Positions 39,658 to 50,374 of a stretch of DNA of 64,000 bases are shown in pieces. Location: the NCBI GenBank assembly GCA_963555985.3, contig OY820591.1, positions 1,120,001-1,184,000 on the forward strand. Direction: 5' to 3'. The translations under genes were made by a program, and so were the position numbers. The notes beneath the pieces are model-generated. The model had not been told where the DNA came from, did no database searches, and saw only the letters and a list, made by a program, of their open reading frames with translations. Position 1 is the first letter of the stretch; the number at the start of each line of letters is the position of its first letter. The stretch comes from Dehalococcoidia bacterium (lineage in GTDB: Bacteria > Chloroflexota > Dehalococcoidia > Bin125).

Positions 39658-40644
39658 GTGCGAACCGGCGTCTTTCCGTTCCTCGCCCGCCGCCTTTCGC
39701 TGGTTCCGCTGCTCGTCTTCGTCGTACTCGCCCTCACGTATGCGCTGACGCAGTTCGCACCGGGCGATCCGGTGCGGATCATTGCCGGAGCGCGTCAGAT
39801 TGATCCGCAGCAGGCCGAGGAGATCCGGGAAGCGTTTGGCCTGAACGGCAACTACTTCGAACGGTTCGGCGATTACGTCTGGGGGATTCTGAGCGAGGGC
39901 GACCTTGGCCCTTCCTACTACTACCGCTCGCCCCAGCGCTCAGTTCAGGAGTTGCTTGGCGACCGGATCTGGGTCTCGGCTCAGATCAATCTGATTGTGC
40001 TCGCGCTGGTCTTCGGTTTAGGCATCCCCATAGGCGTCTACGCAGCGGTGCATCGGGGCCGCTGGCAGGATCCGACCTTGATCGGATTTCTCAAGATTTT
40101 CGATTCGATCCCGTCTCCGATCCTGATTGTGCTGATGGCGGCGCTCTTTGTCGATGGGTTGCGGGCACTGTTCGATTGGCTCGGATTCAACGTGCCCAAT
40201 GTCTGGACGCCAGGCGATCCAGCGTCGTACATCATTCCGGTTACGGCGCTGACACTGCCCTCGTTAGGCGGGATCGGACGCTTCGTGCGAGTGAGCATGT
40301 TGAGCACGATCGACGACGACTATGTGCGCACGGCGCGGGCAAAGGGTCTCGACGATCGGCGGGTGTTGTATGGGCACGTGCTGCGTAATGCACTGCTGCC
40401 GCTGAGCACGTCGATGGGGCTGGCGATCGTGGGAGTGATTGGCGGCTCGATCGTGATTGAGACCCGCTACGGAGTACCGGGCGTTGGTGCGTTCATGTTC
40501 GAGTCGATCACGCAGCGGGACTTCAATGTCGTGCTCGGGTTCACACTGCTCACGGCGACGTTGTTCATCGTCGCTAACGCTTTGATCGACGTGGCCTACA
40601 TCTTCATCGATCCGCGCATTCGCTACACGGAGCGTCACGCATGA
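39658..40644 (+). CDS. Peptide ABC transporter permease (OppB/DppB-like)
   Basis: APGDP, GDLGPS, EAA-like DYVRTARAKGL...HVLRNA, DPRIRY. Confidence 0.93.
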   Translation: MRTGVFPFLARRLSLVPLLVFVVLALTYALTQFAPGDPVRIIAGARQIDPQQAEEIREAFGLNGNYFERFGDYVWGILSEGDLGPSYYYRSPQRSVQELLGDRIWVSAQINLIVLALVFGLGIPIGVYAAVHRGRWQDPTLIGFLKIFDSIPSPILIVLMAALFVDGLRALFDWLGFNVPNVWTPGDPASYIIPVTALTLPSLGGIGRFVRVSMLSTIDDDYVRTARAKGLDDRRVLYGHVLRNALLPLSTSMGLAIVGVIGGSIVIETRYGVPGVGAFMFESITQRDFNVVLGFTLLTATLFIVANALIDVAYIFIDPRIRYTERHA

Positions 40645-41816
40645 GCGCGCGCGCAACAACTGAGCGAACGACGCCGGATTGGGCTGTTCCGGAGCGGCCG
40701 GAAGCGCCCTGGCTGCGGGCGACGCGAGCATTGCTTCGCAAGCGAATTGCGGTGGTGTGTCTGCTCACGATCATTGTTCTGTACGGAGCCGGCGCCTACA
40801 CCCTGCTTGACGCCTTCGGCGTTGACACCGGCCTCCAGGATCCAACCGCGTCAAACCTGAGCCAGCGAAGATCGATCCGGGATGTCGATGGATCGCCGGA
40901 GACCTTGGGTGCGTTCTCGGGGCGACTCAATGTGCCTATCAGCACGATCGCGGCCCTCAATCCGGAGATCGTTGAGGAGTACGGCCCGCTCAATGAAGGA
41001 ACGGTGCTCCCGGCCCGAACTGAGCTCCTGCTGCGAGAAGACGAGACATTGCAGGGGCCGTCCGCCCGGCACTGGTTCGGTACCGATCGCAACGGCCGTG
41101 ATCTGTTCGCGCGCGCGCTGTTTTCGTTGCGCACCACACTGATCATCAGCATTATCTCCGTCGTGTTCGGGAACATTTTCCTCGGGCTGGGCTTGGGCTT
41201 GTTGGCTGGATATCGCGGCGGTCGCATGGATCAGGTGATCATGCGCGTCGGCGACGTCGTGCTAGCGCTGCCGGGTCTCGTTTTTCTGATCGTGATTGTG
41301 GCCGTTTTTCGCGACCAATGGACAGAGTGGTTCCGTGTGATCGAGGACGAGACCGGTCTTGACTGGCTGATCGCTCAGGGAGTGGACGACTACGTCTTGA
41401 TCACATTTGCGTTGTCGTTTGTCGGCTGGGCAGGCTCGGCGAGATTTTATCGCGCGCAGGTGCTCGCGTTGCGCGAGACGGACTACATCCTGGCGGCCGA
41501 GACCATCGGCGCGCGAACTCCACGAATCCTCGTCCGCCATCTCTTCCCAGGCGTTGTGCCTTGGTTCGTGGTTGGGCTCAGCGCTTCGCTTGGAGAGATA
41601 GCCGGCGCTGAAGTCGTCCTGACTTGGCTTGGGATTGGGATCACGCCGCCGACCCCGTCCTTTGGCACGATGGTCGATGCGGCGGGGGGACGCACCTCGC
41701 TACTGCTGCACCCGCAGATGATGATTGTCCCGATGATGTTCCTGCTCGTGCTGATGCTGGCCTTCAATCTGCTTGGCGACGCGGTGAATGATGTCCTCAA
41801 TCCGCGTGGGCGTTGA
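40641..41816 (+). CDS. Peptide ABC transporter permease (OppC/DppC-like) with LysM-like insertion
   Basis: PSARHWFGTDRNGRD, DYILAAETIGA, FNLLGDAVNDVLNP. Confidence 0.92.
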   Translation: MSARATTERTTPDWAVPERPEAPWLRATRALLRKRIAVVCLLTIIVLYGAGAYTLLDAFGVDTGLQDPTASNLSQRRSIRDVDGSPETLGAFSGRLNVPISTIAALNPEIVEEYGPLNEGTVLPARTELLLREDETLQGPSARHWFGTDRNGRDLFARALFSLRTTLIISIISVVFGNIFLGLGLGLLAGYRGGRMDQVIMRVGDVVLALPGLVFLIVIVAVFRDQWTEWFRVIEDETGLDWLIAQGVDDYVLITFALSFVGWAGSARFYRAQVLALRETDYILAAETIGARTPRILVRHLFPGVVPWFVVGLSASLGEIAGAEVVLTWLGIGITPPTPSFGTMVDAAGGRTSLLLHPQMMIVPMMFLLVLMLAFNLLGDAVNDVLNPRGR

Positions 41817-41913
41817 TGGTCAAGTAGCTGCCCAACTCGCTGATATGCTCGGTGACTGAACACCGTTTCACGCTTGGCTTGGCGCGCCGGAGTGGGCGCA
41901 TGGAAGTGTACTG

Positions 41914-43296
41914 ATGAAAGTCACCGCTGAACGTATCCCTGAGGCGCAGATGCTGCTCGAGATCGAGTTGGACGACGCGCGTGTGAAGAAGTCATTGGAT
42001 CAGGCCGCTCGCCGGCTCTCCCAGCGGTACCGGATTCCGGGTTTTCGCAAGGGCAAGGCTCCTCGCCGTGTGGTCGAGCGGGCGCTGGGCGTCGACCTGG
42101 TGTTTGAGGAGGCGGCGGAGCGGATGATTCCGCAGGCGTTGCAGGAAGCGGTGGAGCAGGAGGGGTTGGAGCCGATCGCTCCGCCGAGCGTGGAGATCAC
42201 GGAACGGGAGCCGGTCACGTTCACGGCCACAGTACCGCTCGCGCCGGTGATTGACTTGGGCGATTACCGCGCCATCGCGGTCGCAAAGCCGGAGAGCGAG
42301 TTTTCCGACGAGCTGATCGAGAAGCAACTGCTAGAGCTGCGTCGCCAGCACGCAGTGCTGGAGCCGGTTGAGCGCGAGCCGCAGCTGAACGACCGCGTGA
42401 CCGCCGACGTGAAGGCGGAGGCGGGTGGAGAGCAGATCCTAGACCAGCCCGGGGCCGAGTTTCACCTGCGCGAGGAAGCGGTGATTGGGGTACCCGGATT
42501 GTGCGAGCGTCTGGTCGGGGTCGCGGTCGGGGAGGAGCACGTGATCAACATTGACGTAGACGAGGATTGGGACGATGAAGAAGTCGCCGGTAAGACGGTG
42601 ACCTTCACGGTCACGATTCACGATGTCAAGAGTGAAGAACTGCCCGAACCGGACGACGACTTTGCGATGGAGGTCTCGGAGGAATTCGAGACGTTCGCGG
42701 CGCTGCGCCAGCGCGTATCGGACAACCTGCGCGAACAGACCGATCGCCAGGTGGACGAACAGTTCAGCCGCGCGGTGTTGGAGGCGGTGATCGGACGGGC
42801 GTCGCTGGAGTACCCGCCGGCGCTGGTTGAGCACGAGATCGAGCACATGCGCCAGGACTTTGCGCGGCAGATGGGACAGGATCCGCAGACCTTCCTGGCC
42901 GGCGGCGGCGAGCAGGCCGATCAGCTCTTGAGCAGCTTCCGCGCGCAGGCTAATGAGCGTGTGATCAATACGCTGGTGCTGCAAGAGGTCGCGGAAGCCG
43001 AGCAGATCGAACTGGTTCACGAGGAGATCGAGGCAGAGCTTGAGCGGATGCTGGAGGTTACCCAGACGCCGCCGGAGACGGCGGAGGAGATGCGGAGCAA
43101 TGAGCAGGTGCGCGAGAACGTGCGCGGGCGATTGGTGCGGGAGCGGACGGTTGAGCGGCTTCAGCAGATCGCGTTGACGAACTATGCCGCGGCTCCGGCA
43201 GAGGATGCGGACGAGTTGGACGAACCCGACCTAGACGAGCCAGGGGCCGAAGCTGAAGCGGGAGTCGAGGCCGAAGCGGACGAGGCGGAGGAGTGA
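41914..43296 (+). CDS. tig: Trigger factor
   Basis: IPGFRKGKAP signature; upstream of clpP. Confidence 0.95.
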   Translation: MKVTAERIPEAQMLLEIELDDARVKKSLDQAARRLSQRYRIPGFRKGKAPRRVVERALGVDLVFEEAAERMIPQALQEAVEQEGLEPIAPPSVEITEREPVTFTATVPLAPVIDLGDYRAIAVAKPESEFSDELIEKQLLELRRQHAVLEPVEREPQLNDRVTADVKAEAGGEQILDQPGAEFHLREEAVIGVPGLCERLVGVAVGEEHVINIDVDEDWDDEEVAGKTVTFTVTIHDVKSEELPEPDDDFAMEVSEEFETFAALRQRVSDNLREQTDRQVDEQFSRAVLEAVIGRASLEYPPALVEHEIEHMRQDFARQMGQDPQTFLAGGGEQADQLLSSFRAQANERVINTLVLQEVAEAEQIELVHEEIEAELERMLEVTQTPPETAEEMRSNEQVRENVRGRLVRERTVERLQQIALTNYAAAPAEDADELDEPDLDEPGAEAEAGVEAEADEAEE

Positions 43297-43408
43297 GCGA
43301 CGCCTCTGTTGCCGGCGTCGCGTAACGCGCCTGCGCACGCTGTTCTGTCCCAATTGCGTCTCGCGCGTTCGCCAAGCCTGAGTACACTTGACGGCGAAGG
43401 AGGGCGAT

Positions 43409-44041
43409 ATGCCTCTGACCCATCCCAGCAGCATCATTCCGATGGTCGTGGAGACCACGAACCGCGGCGAGCGCGCCTACGACATCTACTCACTGCTTCT
43501 GCGCGAGCGCATCATTTTCCTCGGCACGCCGATCGATGATCAGATCGCCAACGTGATCGTCGCCCAGCTCCTCTACCTCGATCGTGAGGATCCCGACCGC
43601 GACATTCAGCTCTACGTCAACTCGCCGGGCGGCGTGATCACCGCCGGCCTCGCGATCTACGACACGATGCAGCTGATTAAGGCCGACGTCTCAACGATCT
43701 GCGTGGGCATGTCGGCGTCGATGGGCACAGTGCTGCTGTCGGCGGGGGCGCAGGGCAAGCGCTTCGCCTTGCCGCACGCGACGATCCATATGCACCAGGC
43801 GCTGGGCGGCGCGCGCGGGCAAGCGGCGGACATCGAAATCGCCGCGCGCGAAATTCTTCGCAACAACGAGACAATTCGCAGCATCCTCGCCCAACACACG
43901 GGCCAGCCGCTGGACCGGATCAAGGCGGACACCGACCGCGACTTCTATCTCGACGCGGAGCAGGCGCAGGAATACGGCCTCGTGGACGCGGTGCTCTCCA
44001 GCGAAGCGGCGGGGGATGCGGCCGCGGCCGCTGGAGCCTAA
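43409..44041 (+). CDS. clpP: ATP-dependent Clp protease proteolytic subunit
   Basis: [34 protein letters not shown]; ATG 43409 after AAGGAGG. Confidence 0.97.
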   Translation: MPLTHPSSIIPMVVETTNRGERAYDIYSLLLRERIIFLGTPIDDQIANVIVAQLLYLDREDPDRDIQLYVNSPGGVITAGLAIYDTMQLIKADVSTICVGMSASMGTVLLSAGAQGKRFALPHATIHMHQALGGARGQAADIEIAAREILRNNETIRSILAQHTGQPLDRIKADTDRDFYLDAEQAQEYGLVDAVLSSEAAGDAAAAAGA

Positions 44042-44113
44042 TCTACGCACGGCCCAGTCACACTCCTGCACGCTGCCTGTTTCCACTCACGTGCAGCGCG
44101 GAGAGGATGCCCG

Positions 44114-45445
44114 ATGAGCTCAGCACACGGCGGTGGGCGTATTCAGTTCCACTGTTCTTTCTGCGCCAAGGATCAGTCCCAGGTCCGGCGGCTCGTGGCC
44201 GGACCCGGCGGCGTCTATATCTGCGACGAATGCGTCGAGGCTTGTCGCAGCGTGATCCGCGAAGAGGCCGTCAACAGCGGGGAAGCGCCCCCGGAACGCA
44301 GCGCGCCGCCAACCCAGACCCTACCCCCGCAGGCGATCTACGAGCGGCTTTGCGAACACGTCGTCGGCCAGGAAGACGCCAAGCGGGTGCTCGCCGTCGC
44401 CGTCTACAACCATTACAAACGGATCAACACCGTCATAGATCCCGACGACGGTGTTGAGCTTGAGAAGAGCAACATCTTGCTCGTCGGCCCCACCGGTTCG
44501 GGCAAGACGCTGCTCGCGGCTACGCTCGCGCGCATCCTCGATGTTCCCTTCTCGATCGCCGACGCCACTGCTCTGACTGAGGCCGGCTACGTCGGTGAGG
44601 ATGTCGAGAACATCCTGCTGCACCTGATCCAGGCTGCCGACTTCGACATCGCCCGCGCCGAGCGCGGGATCATCTACATCGACGAAATCGACAAGATCGC
44701 GCGCAAAGCAGACAACCCGTCGATTACACGCGATGTCTCGGGCGAGGGCGTCCAGCAGGCGCTGCTTAAGATCATCGAAGGAACGGTCGCGTCCGTCCCG
44801 CCGCAGGGCGGGCGCAAACATCCGCATCAAGAGTTCCTCCAGATCGACACCAGCAAGGTGCTGTTTATCTGCGGCGGCGCGTTTGAGGGACTCGACCAGA
44901 TCATTGACCGGCGCGTGACGACGGGTGTGCGCAGCATCGGCTTCGGCTCCGAGGTGCGCACCGTCGCCGACCAGGACCTCCTGTTGCATCAACTCAGCCA
45001 CGACGACTTGCAGAAGTACGGGCTGATCCCCGAGTTTGTGGGCCGCCTGCCGGTCGTCGTCACGCTGAACCAGCTTGACCAGGACTCGCTCGTTCGCATC
45101 CTGACCGAGCCGAAGAACGCGCTGATCCGGCAGTACGAACGCTTCTTCGGCATGGACGATGTCGAACTCAGCTTTACCCCGGAGGCGTTGGAAGCGATCG
45201 CGGAACGCGCGATCTCCGAGAAGACGGGAGCCCGCGGGCTGCGCACGGTCGTCGAGAGTCTGCTCCTGGATGTGATGTTCGAAGTGCCGAGCCGGCCGGA
45301 AGTGGTGAAGTGCGTCGTCAACGCGGACACGATCCGCCGCGACGAACGCCCGCTGCTGCTCAATGAGCACGGCCTCGCTGTGGAATACGAGGCCATTCGC
45401 CGGCGGTCGGACGGAGAGATTCCCCAGCGCCAGGAAAGCGCCTGA
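44114..45445 (+). CDS. clpX: ATP-dependent Clp protease ATP-binding subunit
   Basis: CSFC...ICDEC zinc finger, [25 protein letters not shown]. Confidence 0.98.
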   Translation: MSSAHGGGRIQFHCSFCAKDQSQVRRLVAGPGGVYICDECVEACRSVIREEAVNSGEAPPERSAPPTQTLPPQAIYERLCEHVVGQEDAKRVLAVAVYNHYKRINTVIDPDDGVELEKSNILLVGPTGSGKTLLAATLARILDVPFSIADATALTEAGYVGEDVENILLHLIQAADFDIARAERGIIYIDEIDKIARKADNPSITRDVSGEGVQQALLKIIEGTVASVPPQGGRKHPHQEFLQIDTSKVLFICGGAFEGLDQIIDRRVTTGVRSIGFGSEVRTVADQDLLLHQLSHDDLQKYGLIPEFVGRLPVVVTLNQLDQDSLVRILTEPKNALIRQYERFFGMDDVELSFTPEALEAIAERAISEKTGARGLRTVVESLLLDVMFEVPSRPEVVKCVVNADTIRRDERPLLLNEHGLAVEYEAIRRRSDGEIPQRQESA

Positions 45446-46221
45446 TGTCCGTTCGGGCTTCCACCGCCCAGACCACTCGCCGACCTGCGCCGAAGCGCGC
45501 CAGCCAACGCGCCGATCAGTTCCTCGTTGATCAAGGGCTCGCCCCCGACCTAGCCACCGCTCGCGCGCTGATCATGGCGGGCCGCGTCCACAGCGATGGA
45601 CGCCGCTACACACAGCCCGGTCAACAGGTGCGTGTCGATGTGCAGCTGCGCGTTCGCGGCCAGTCCGCCTATGTATCGCGCGGCGGGACTAAGCTCGCCG
45701 CCGCCCTGGACGCATGGCCGGTTGATCCGACCGGTCGCGTTTGTCTGGACGTTGGCGCCGCCGCTGGCGGCTTCACCGATGCGCTGTTGCAATATGGAGC
45801 GGCGCAGGTCACCGCTGTTGATGTCGGCTACGGACAGCTGCACCCGCGCCTGCGCAACGACTCTCGCGTGACGGTGCTGGAACGCACACACATCCGAGAC
45901 CTGCCGCCGCTATCGCCCGCTCCCACTCTGGCGGTCGCCGATCTGTCATTCATTGGCCTGCGGCAAGTCCTGCCCGCGATTGCGGAGGCTCTGAGTCCGC
46001 ACTCCGACATCATCGCGCTGGTCAAGCCGCAGTTCGAGGCTCCCGCCGACCGCGTCGATCCGGACGGCGTAGTTCGTGATCGACGAATACAGGCTGAAGC
46101 CGTGAGCAGCGTGATCGCCTGGGCAGTCGAACATCGCTGGCGCGTCGGCGGCGTACTGCGTTCACCGCTCAAGGGTCCGGCGGGTAATCATGAGTGGTTT
46201 CTCTGGCTGCGCACCCCATGA
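45445..46221 (+). CDS. tlyA: TlyA family rRNA (cytidine-2'-O)-methyltransferase
   Basis: S4 domain, YVSRGGTKL, LDVGAAAGGFTD, DLSFI, LVKPQFE, GPAGNHE. Confidence 0.93.
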   Translation: MSVRASTAQTTRRPAPKRASQRADQFLVDQGLAPDLATARALIMAGRVHSDGRRYTQPGQQVRVDVQLRVRGQSAYVSRGGTKLAAALDAWPVDPTGRVCLDVGAAAGGFTDALLQYGAAQVTAVDVGYGQLHPRLRNDSRVTVLERTHIRDLPPLSPAPTLAVADLSFIGLRQVLPAIAEALSPHSDIIALVKPQFEAPADRVDPDGVVRDRRIQAEAVSSVIAWAVEHRWRVGGVLRSPLKGPAGNHEWFLWLRTP

Positions 46222-46258
46222 CTAGTCTGCGTCTATCCAACCTACGGCGGTCCGAGTC

Positions 46259-47173
46259 GTGAGCCATCCAACAATTCGCTGTATCGGCATCTACCACCAC
46301 CCGCGCTTGAAAGAGGCCAAGCGAAGTGCAGAGACGCTCGCTGCGCGCTTGCGCGAGCACCTCAGCGATGTCTGGCTCTCCGATCCCTGGGATTCGGACG
46401 CCTCCACAGCCCGCCTGCCGGAGACGGATCTGCTGATCTGCCTGGGAGGCGACGGTACCGTCCTCCGCGCCGCCCGAGCCACCGCGCCCTACCGCACTGT
46501 CATTCTCGGCGTCGATATGGGCAGACAAGCGTTTCTGACGGAGCTCACGCCCGAACAGATCGACGATCATCTGCCGGCGCTGCTTGACGGCGACTTCGAG
46601 ATTGAAGATCGCACGATGCTCGAGGCGCGACCGCAGGGTGCGATCGATCTCACCGGCGAGCCGATGCCGGCGCTCAACGACATCATGCTCGGCCGCGGCA
46701 GCCTCGGTCAGCCCGCCTACCTCTGGGTGCGCGTGAACGGTGATCTGATCGGCGTCGTCCGCGCCGACGCCATCGTCGTCGCCAGCGCGACCGGCAGCAC
46801 GGGCTACTCGCTCTCGGCTGGCGGGCCGATCCTGCACCCGCGCTCTCGCAGCGTAGTCCTCACGCCGGTCGCGCCCCATTTGGCTGCAGCTGCGCCGTTG
46901 GTGCTTCCCTCGGACGTGATCATCCAACTCAACCTGGGCCGGGAACATCCGGGCTCGCTTTCGGTCGATGGGCAAGGCCCGTACCGGCTCGAACCGGGCG
47001 GCGGCGTCGAAGTCAGACGCAGCGAGTACCTGGCCAGACTTGTGCGCTTCGGCGAGCGGCCATTCTTCCCTCAGCTCGGGCAGCGTCTCGCCTGGCTCGA
47101 AGAGCGGCGGCTGCGCGCTGCCTCGCGCACGGGGATTGAGTCGTTCGATTCCGAAGGCGCTGATCCCTCTTAA
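46259..47173 (+). CDS. nadK: NAD(+) kinase
   Basis: LGGDGT, ALND, TGSTGYSLSAGGP. Confidence 0.94.
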   Translation: MSHPTIRCIGIYHHPRLKEAKRSAETLAARLREHLSDVWLSDPWDSDASTARLPETDLLICLGGDGTVLRAARATAPYRTVILGVDMGRQAFLTELTPEQIDDHLPALLDGDFEIEDRTMLEARPQGAIDLTGEPMPALNDIMLGRGSLGQPAYLWVRVNGDLIGVVRADAIVVASATGSTGYSLSAGGPILHPRSRSVVLTPVAPHLAAAAPLVLPSDVIIQLNLGREHPGSLSVDGQGPYRLEPGGGVEVRRSEYLARLVRFGERPFFPQLGQRLAWLEERRLRAASRTGIESFDSEGADPS

Positions 47174-47188
47174 CGTTGCGGGGCGTCG

Positions 47189-47205
47189 CCGAACGGATGG
47201 TTCGG
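47189..47205. promoter_or_regulatory. Palindrome CCGAAC-N5-GTTCGG upstream of recN (possible SOS-type operator or small hairpin)
   Basis: CCGAAC GGATG GTTCGG; spacer is 5 nt rather than the canonical 4. Confidence 0.35.
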
Positions 47206-47250
47206 GTATCATACGCCTGAGAATCAAACGTCCAAGCTCGGAGCTCTACG

Positions 47251-49035
47251 GTGTTGATCGGTCTGCATCTGCGTGACTTCGCGCTGGCCGAGCGCGCTGA
47301 CCTTGAGTTGGCCTCGGGTCTCACCGTGATCACCGGTGAGACCGGAGCCGGCAAGAGCGTGCTGATCCAGGCGCTCGCGTTCACGCTCGGGGCCTCGCCT
47401 GACCTGGCGATGATCCGCCCCAGGGCAGCGCGTGCTCAAGTGGAGGCGGTCTTCGACCTCTCAGAAGCCGCGATCCGCCCGCAACTCGACCAGACCTTGG
47501 GCGAAGCGGAGATTCCCTTTGACGGGGAGCTAATCATTCGCCGCACAGTCTCACGTCCGCAGAACGGCAGCGGCCGTCTTAGCGCGCGGTTGCGGATCAA
47601 CGATCACGCCGCGCCGATCGCGACGCTGCGTGCAATTGCGCCGCTGCTCGCCGATATTCACGGGCAACGAGACAATCTGTCGTTGCTGCGGCCGCCGCAG
47701 CAATTGGCGCTGCTCGATCGCTATGCGGGTCTGGAGTCGCAGCGGTCTGAGTTCGGAGGCATGGTGCGGCGCTTGCAGGCACTCGACCGTCAGGTTGCCG
47801 AACTCAGCGGCAACGAGCGCGAACGGGCGCGGCGAATCGCTCTGCTCTTGCATGAGGCCGAAGAGATCGCCGACGCAGGTCTGACCCCCGGCGAAGACGA
47901 CGAACTGCGAGCGCTGCACACGCGCCTGGTTCACGCGCAACGACTCGCCCAGGAGGCCGAAACGACGCGGGCCGCGCTCGATGATGACTCGCTTGCTGCG
48001 GCTCTCGGAGCTACACAGCGGATGCTCGATCTGGATCCTTCGGCTGAGTCGTTGGTCGCCAGCCTGGAAGCGGCCGCTGAGTATGTCGCCGACGCTCAGC
48101 GCACACTCCGTGAGTACACCGACCGCCTCAGTCTCGACTCCGGGCAATTGAACGACGTCGAAGCGCGTTTGGCCCTGATCTCCGATATGCAGCGACGATA
48201 CGGCGATACGGTGACCGAAATCATCGCCTACAGCGAACGGGCCGCCAACGAAGCAGCGGCTCTGGAACAAGCAGGACATAACGTCGAGAGCCTCCAACAG
48301 GAGGCCGACGAACTCGCCCTCGAAGCAGCAGCCGCTGGCGTATCGCTCAGTGCTCGCAGGCGTGAGGCGGCGCGAGAACTATTGGCGCAAGTCCGCGCCG
48401 AGTGCGAATCGCTGCGGCTCACGAACGCCCAACTGCAACTCCGCTTCGAGCCGCTCTCCCCAGCCAACGAAGGGCGGAGTCTGCGTCCAGTGGACGATCC
48501 GGATGTGCTGGAACCGCAGTGCGTCAGTCCCGGCCAAACGCTGCCCGACGGCCCGCGCCGATCCACCGTCGGCTTTGACCAGACCGGGATCGAGCGGGTC
48601 GAAATGCTGGTCTCGTTCAATCCGGAGGCGTCCCCTCAGCCGCTGCGCCGGGTCGCCAGCGGCGGCGAGACGGCGCGGCTCATGCTGGCGCTCAAGGCGG
48701 CGTTGGGCGAGAACGACGAGATTCCGCTGCTCGTCTTCGACGAGGTCGATGTCGGCTTGGGTGGACGCAGCGGGGGCATCATCGGCGCTCGTCTCCACCA
48801 TCTCGCGCAGCGGCGGCAAGTGATCTGCATCACCCACTTGCCTCAAGTGGCAGCGCGAGCCGGCCAACACGTGATCGTCTCGAAGTCCGCTGACGAGTCC
48901 CGCACCGAAGTCGATGTGCGAACGCTTGACCAAGAACAGCGGTTGGTCGAACTAGCGGAGATGCTCGGCGGCGATTCCCCGGCAAACCGATCCAGCGCGG
49001 CAGAACTACTGAGGAACGCGGCGGTGGCGGCATGA
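47251..49035 (+). CDS. recN: DNA repair protein RecN
   Basis: TGETGAGKS, IHGQ, ASGGETARLML, FDEVDVG, ITHLPQVAA. Confidence 0.95.
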   Translation: MLIGLHLRDFALAERADLELASGLTVITGETGAGKSVLIQALAFTLGASPDLAMIRPRAARAQVEAVFDLSEAAIRPQLDQTLGEAEIPFDGELIIRRTVSRPQNGSGRLSARLRINDHAAPIATLRAIAPLLADIHGQRDNLSLLRPPQQLALLDRYAGLESQRSEFGGMVRRLQALDRQVAELSGNERERARRIALLLHEAEEIADAGLTPGEDDELRALHTRLVHAQRLAQEAETTRAALDDDSLAAALGATQRMLDLDPSAESLVASLEAAAEYVADAQRTLREYTDRLSLDSGQLNDVEARLALISDMQRRYGDTVTEIIAYSERAANEAAALEQAGHNVESLQQEADELALEAAAAGVSLSARRREAARELLAQVRAECESLRLTNAQLQLRFEPLSPANEGRSLRPVDDPDVLEPQCVSPGQTLPDGPRRSTVGFDQTGIERVEMLVSFNPEASPQPLRRVASGGETARLMLALKAALGENDEIPLLVFDEVDVGLGGRSGGIIGARLHHLAQRRQVICITHLPQVAARAGQHVIVSKSADESRTEVDVRTLDQEQRLVELAEMLGGDSPANRSSAAELLRNAAVAA

Positions 49036-49634
49036 GCGCCGAAACGACATCGGAAGCCCCGGTTCCGGTTGCTGTCATCAGACAGCGCGAGTCGGAAGTA
49101 CACGCCCTCGAAGAACAGTCCGAGACCGGCGGAACACTCACCCCCTTGCGGGCGGTGCCGGCGGCGCTGGACGATGCACCGGAAATCCATCGGCTGATCC
49201 AGTACTGGTTCGAGCAGACTGGTGATGTTCTGCCTCGAACCGAAGGAGAAATCTACGAGACAATCCGTGACTTTCAGGTCATCCGCGATCCCGAAAGCCG
49301 CTCGTCGAAGAAGTTGCTCGCCGCCGGCGCGCTGCATGTCGTCTGGCGCGACTTGGCCGAGATCAAGTCCTTGGTCGTCGATCCCTCCACGCAGGGCAAG
49401 GGGCTGGGCCGGGTTGTGGTTGACGCCTGCCTCGAAGACGCGGTTGCACTCGGCCTCAAGACCGTGTTTGCGCTCACGACTACGCCGGCCTTCTTCGAGC
49501 GCTTGGGATTCCGCGTCGCCGGTGTGAGCGCCTTTCCGCGCAAGGTCTGGAACGAGTGCTTCCGCTGTCCCAAGTACAACGCCTGCGACGAGATCGCTGT
49601 CAGTATCGACCTGCGCGACAGGCTCAACACGTAA
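49032..49634 (+). CDS. argA: Short GNAT amino-acid N-acetyltransferase (ArgA-like)
   Basis: LPRTEGEIYETIRDF, LAEIKSL, QGKGLG, KVWNECFRCPK...CDE. Confidence 0.75.
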   Translation: MSAETTSEAPVPVAVIRQRESEVHALEEQSETGGTLTPLRAVPAALDDAPEIHRLIQYWFEQTGDVLPRTEGEIYETIRDFQVIRDPESRSSKKLLAAGALHVVWRDLAEIKSLVVDPSTQGKGLGRVVVDACLEDAVALGLKTVFALTTTPAFFERLGFRVAGVSAFPRKVWNECFRCPKYNACDEIAVSIDLRDRLNT

Positions 49635-49635
49635 G

Positions 49636-49696
49636 ATGTCCCCTCTCCCTCGGGGAGAGAGCCTGTCCCCGCGACGGCGGGGAGTTAGGGTGAGGG
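49636..49696. repeat. REP-like element
   Basis: CCCTCTCCCTCGGGGAGAGAG...GTTAGGGTGAGGG architecture with an internal CCCCGC/GCGGGG hairpin. Confidence 0.6.
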
Positions 49697-49698
49697 CC

Positions 49699-50292
49699 AT
49701 GGCCGAGCAACATGACCCCCTCACCGAAACCGTGCTCACTTCTGAGCAGGTCTTCAGCGGCTCCCGCATCAACGTCCGCGTCGACGAGGTCGCTATGGCC
49801 GACGGCCGTCGTGCCCGCCGCGAAGTCGTTGAGCATCCCGACGCTGTCGTCATCCTCGCCATCCGAGACGATGGAAACATCGCCTTCGTTCGCCAGTGGC
49901 GACATCCGGCCGGCCGGCCGCTCCTGGAACTCCCGGCTGGGCGAATTGATCCCGGTGAATCGCCAGAAGAAACCGCCCGCCGCGAACTCAGGGAGGAAGT
50001 CGGCCTCAACCCCGGCCGCCTCGACTTCGCCCGCGGCTTCTACGTAGCCCCCGCCTCATTGGACGAGTTCCTGCACGGCTTCATCGCCCGCGATTGCACT
50101 GAATCGCCGCTGGAGGCCGACGAAGACGAGGAGCTGATCGTCGAGTGGAAGCCGCTCGGCGAAGCGATCGGCCTCGTCGAATCCGGCGAGATCATCGACG
50201 CGAAGTCCGTCATCCTGATCCAGTACTTGGCGCTGGAAGCGGTTGGCCCGCTCGGACGAAAGATCGTGCGTCACTACCGAGGACAGGAGTAG
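49699..50292 (+). CDS. nudF: NUDIX hydrolase (ADP-ribose pyrophosphatase-like)
   Basis: REVVEHP, ELPAGRIDPGESPEETARRELREEVG Nudix box, IIDAKS. Confidence 0.85.
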   Translation: MAEQHDPLTETVLTSEQVFSGSRINVRVDEVAMADGRRARREVVEHPDAVVILAIRDDGNIAFVRQWRHPAGRPLLELPAGRIDPGESPEETARRELREEVGLNPGRLDFARGFYVAPASLDEFLHGFIARDCTESPLEADEDEELIVEWKPLGEAIGLVESGEIIDAKSVILIQYLALEAVGPLGRKIVRHYRGQE

Positions 50293-50374
50293 GTTCTTGC
50301 CGCACACGCGACTACCGCCCAATGCCAATCAGTGCGAAACTTGAGAGGCACGATCCACTCGGAAGGTCTGAGCC

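Noticed and set aside
37756-41816. Peptide ABC operons lacking ATPase genes (also 54338-58392)
   Set aside because: Sharing of OppD/F encoded elsewhere is common; not unusual on its own.
48440-48575. Insertion in the RecN coiled-coil/ATPase junction, considered as an intein or mobile insert
   Set aside because: Only ~40 aa with no intein terminal motifs (C/S...HN); most likely a variable loop.
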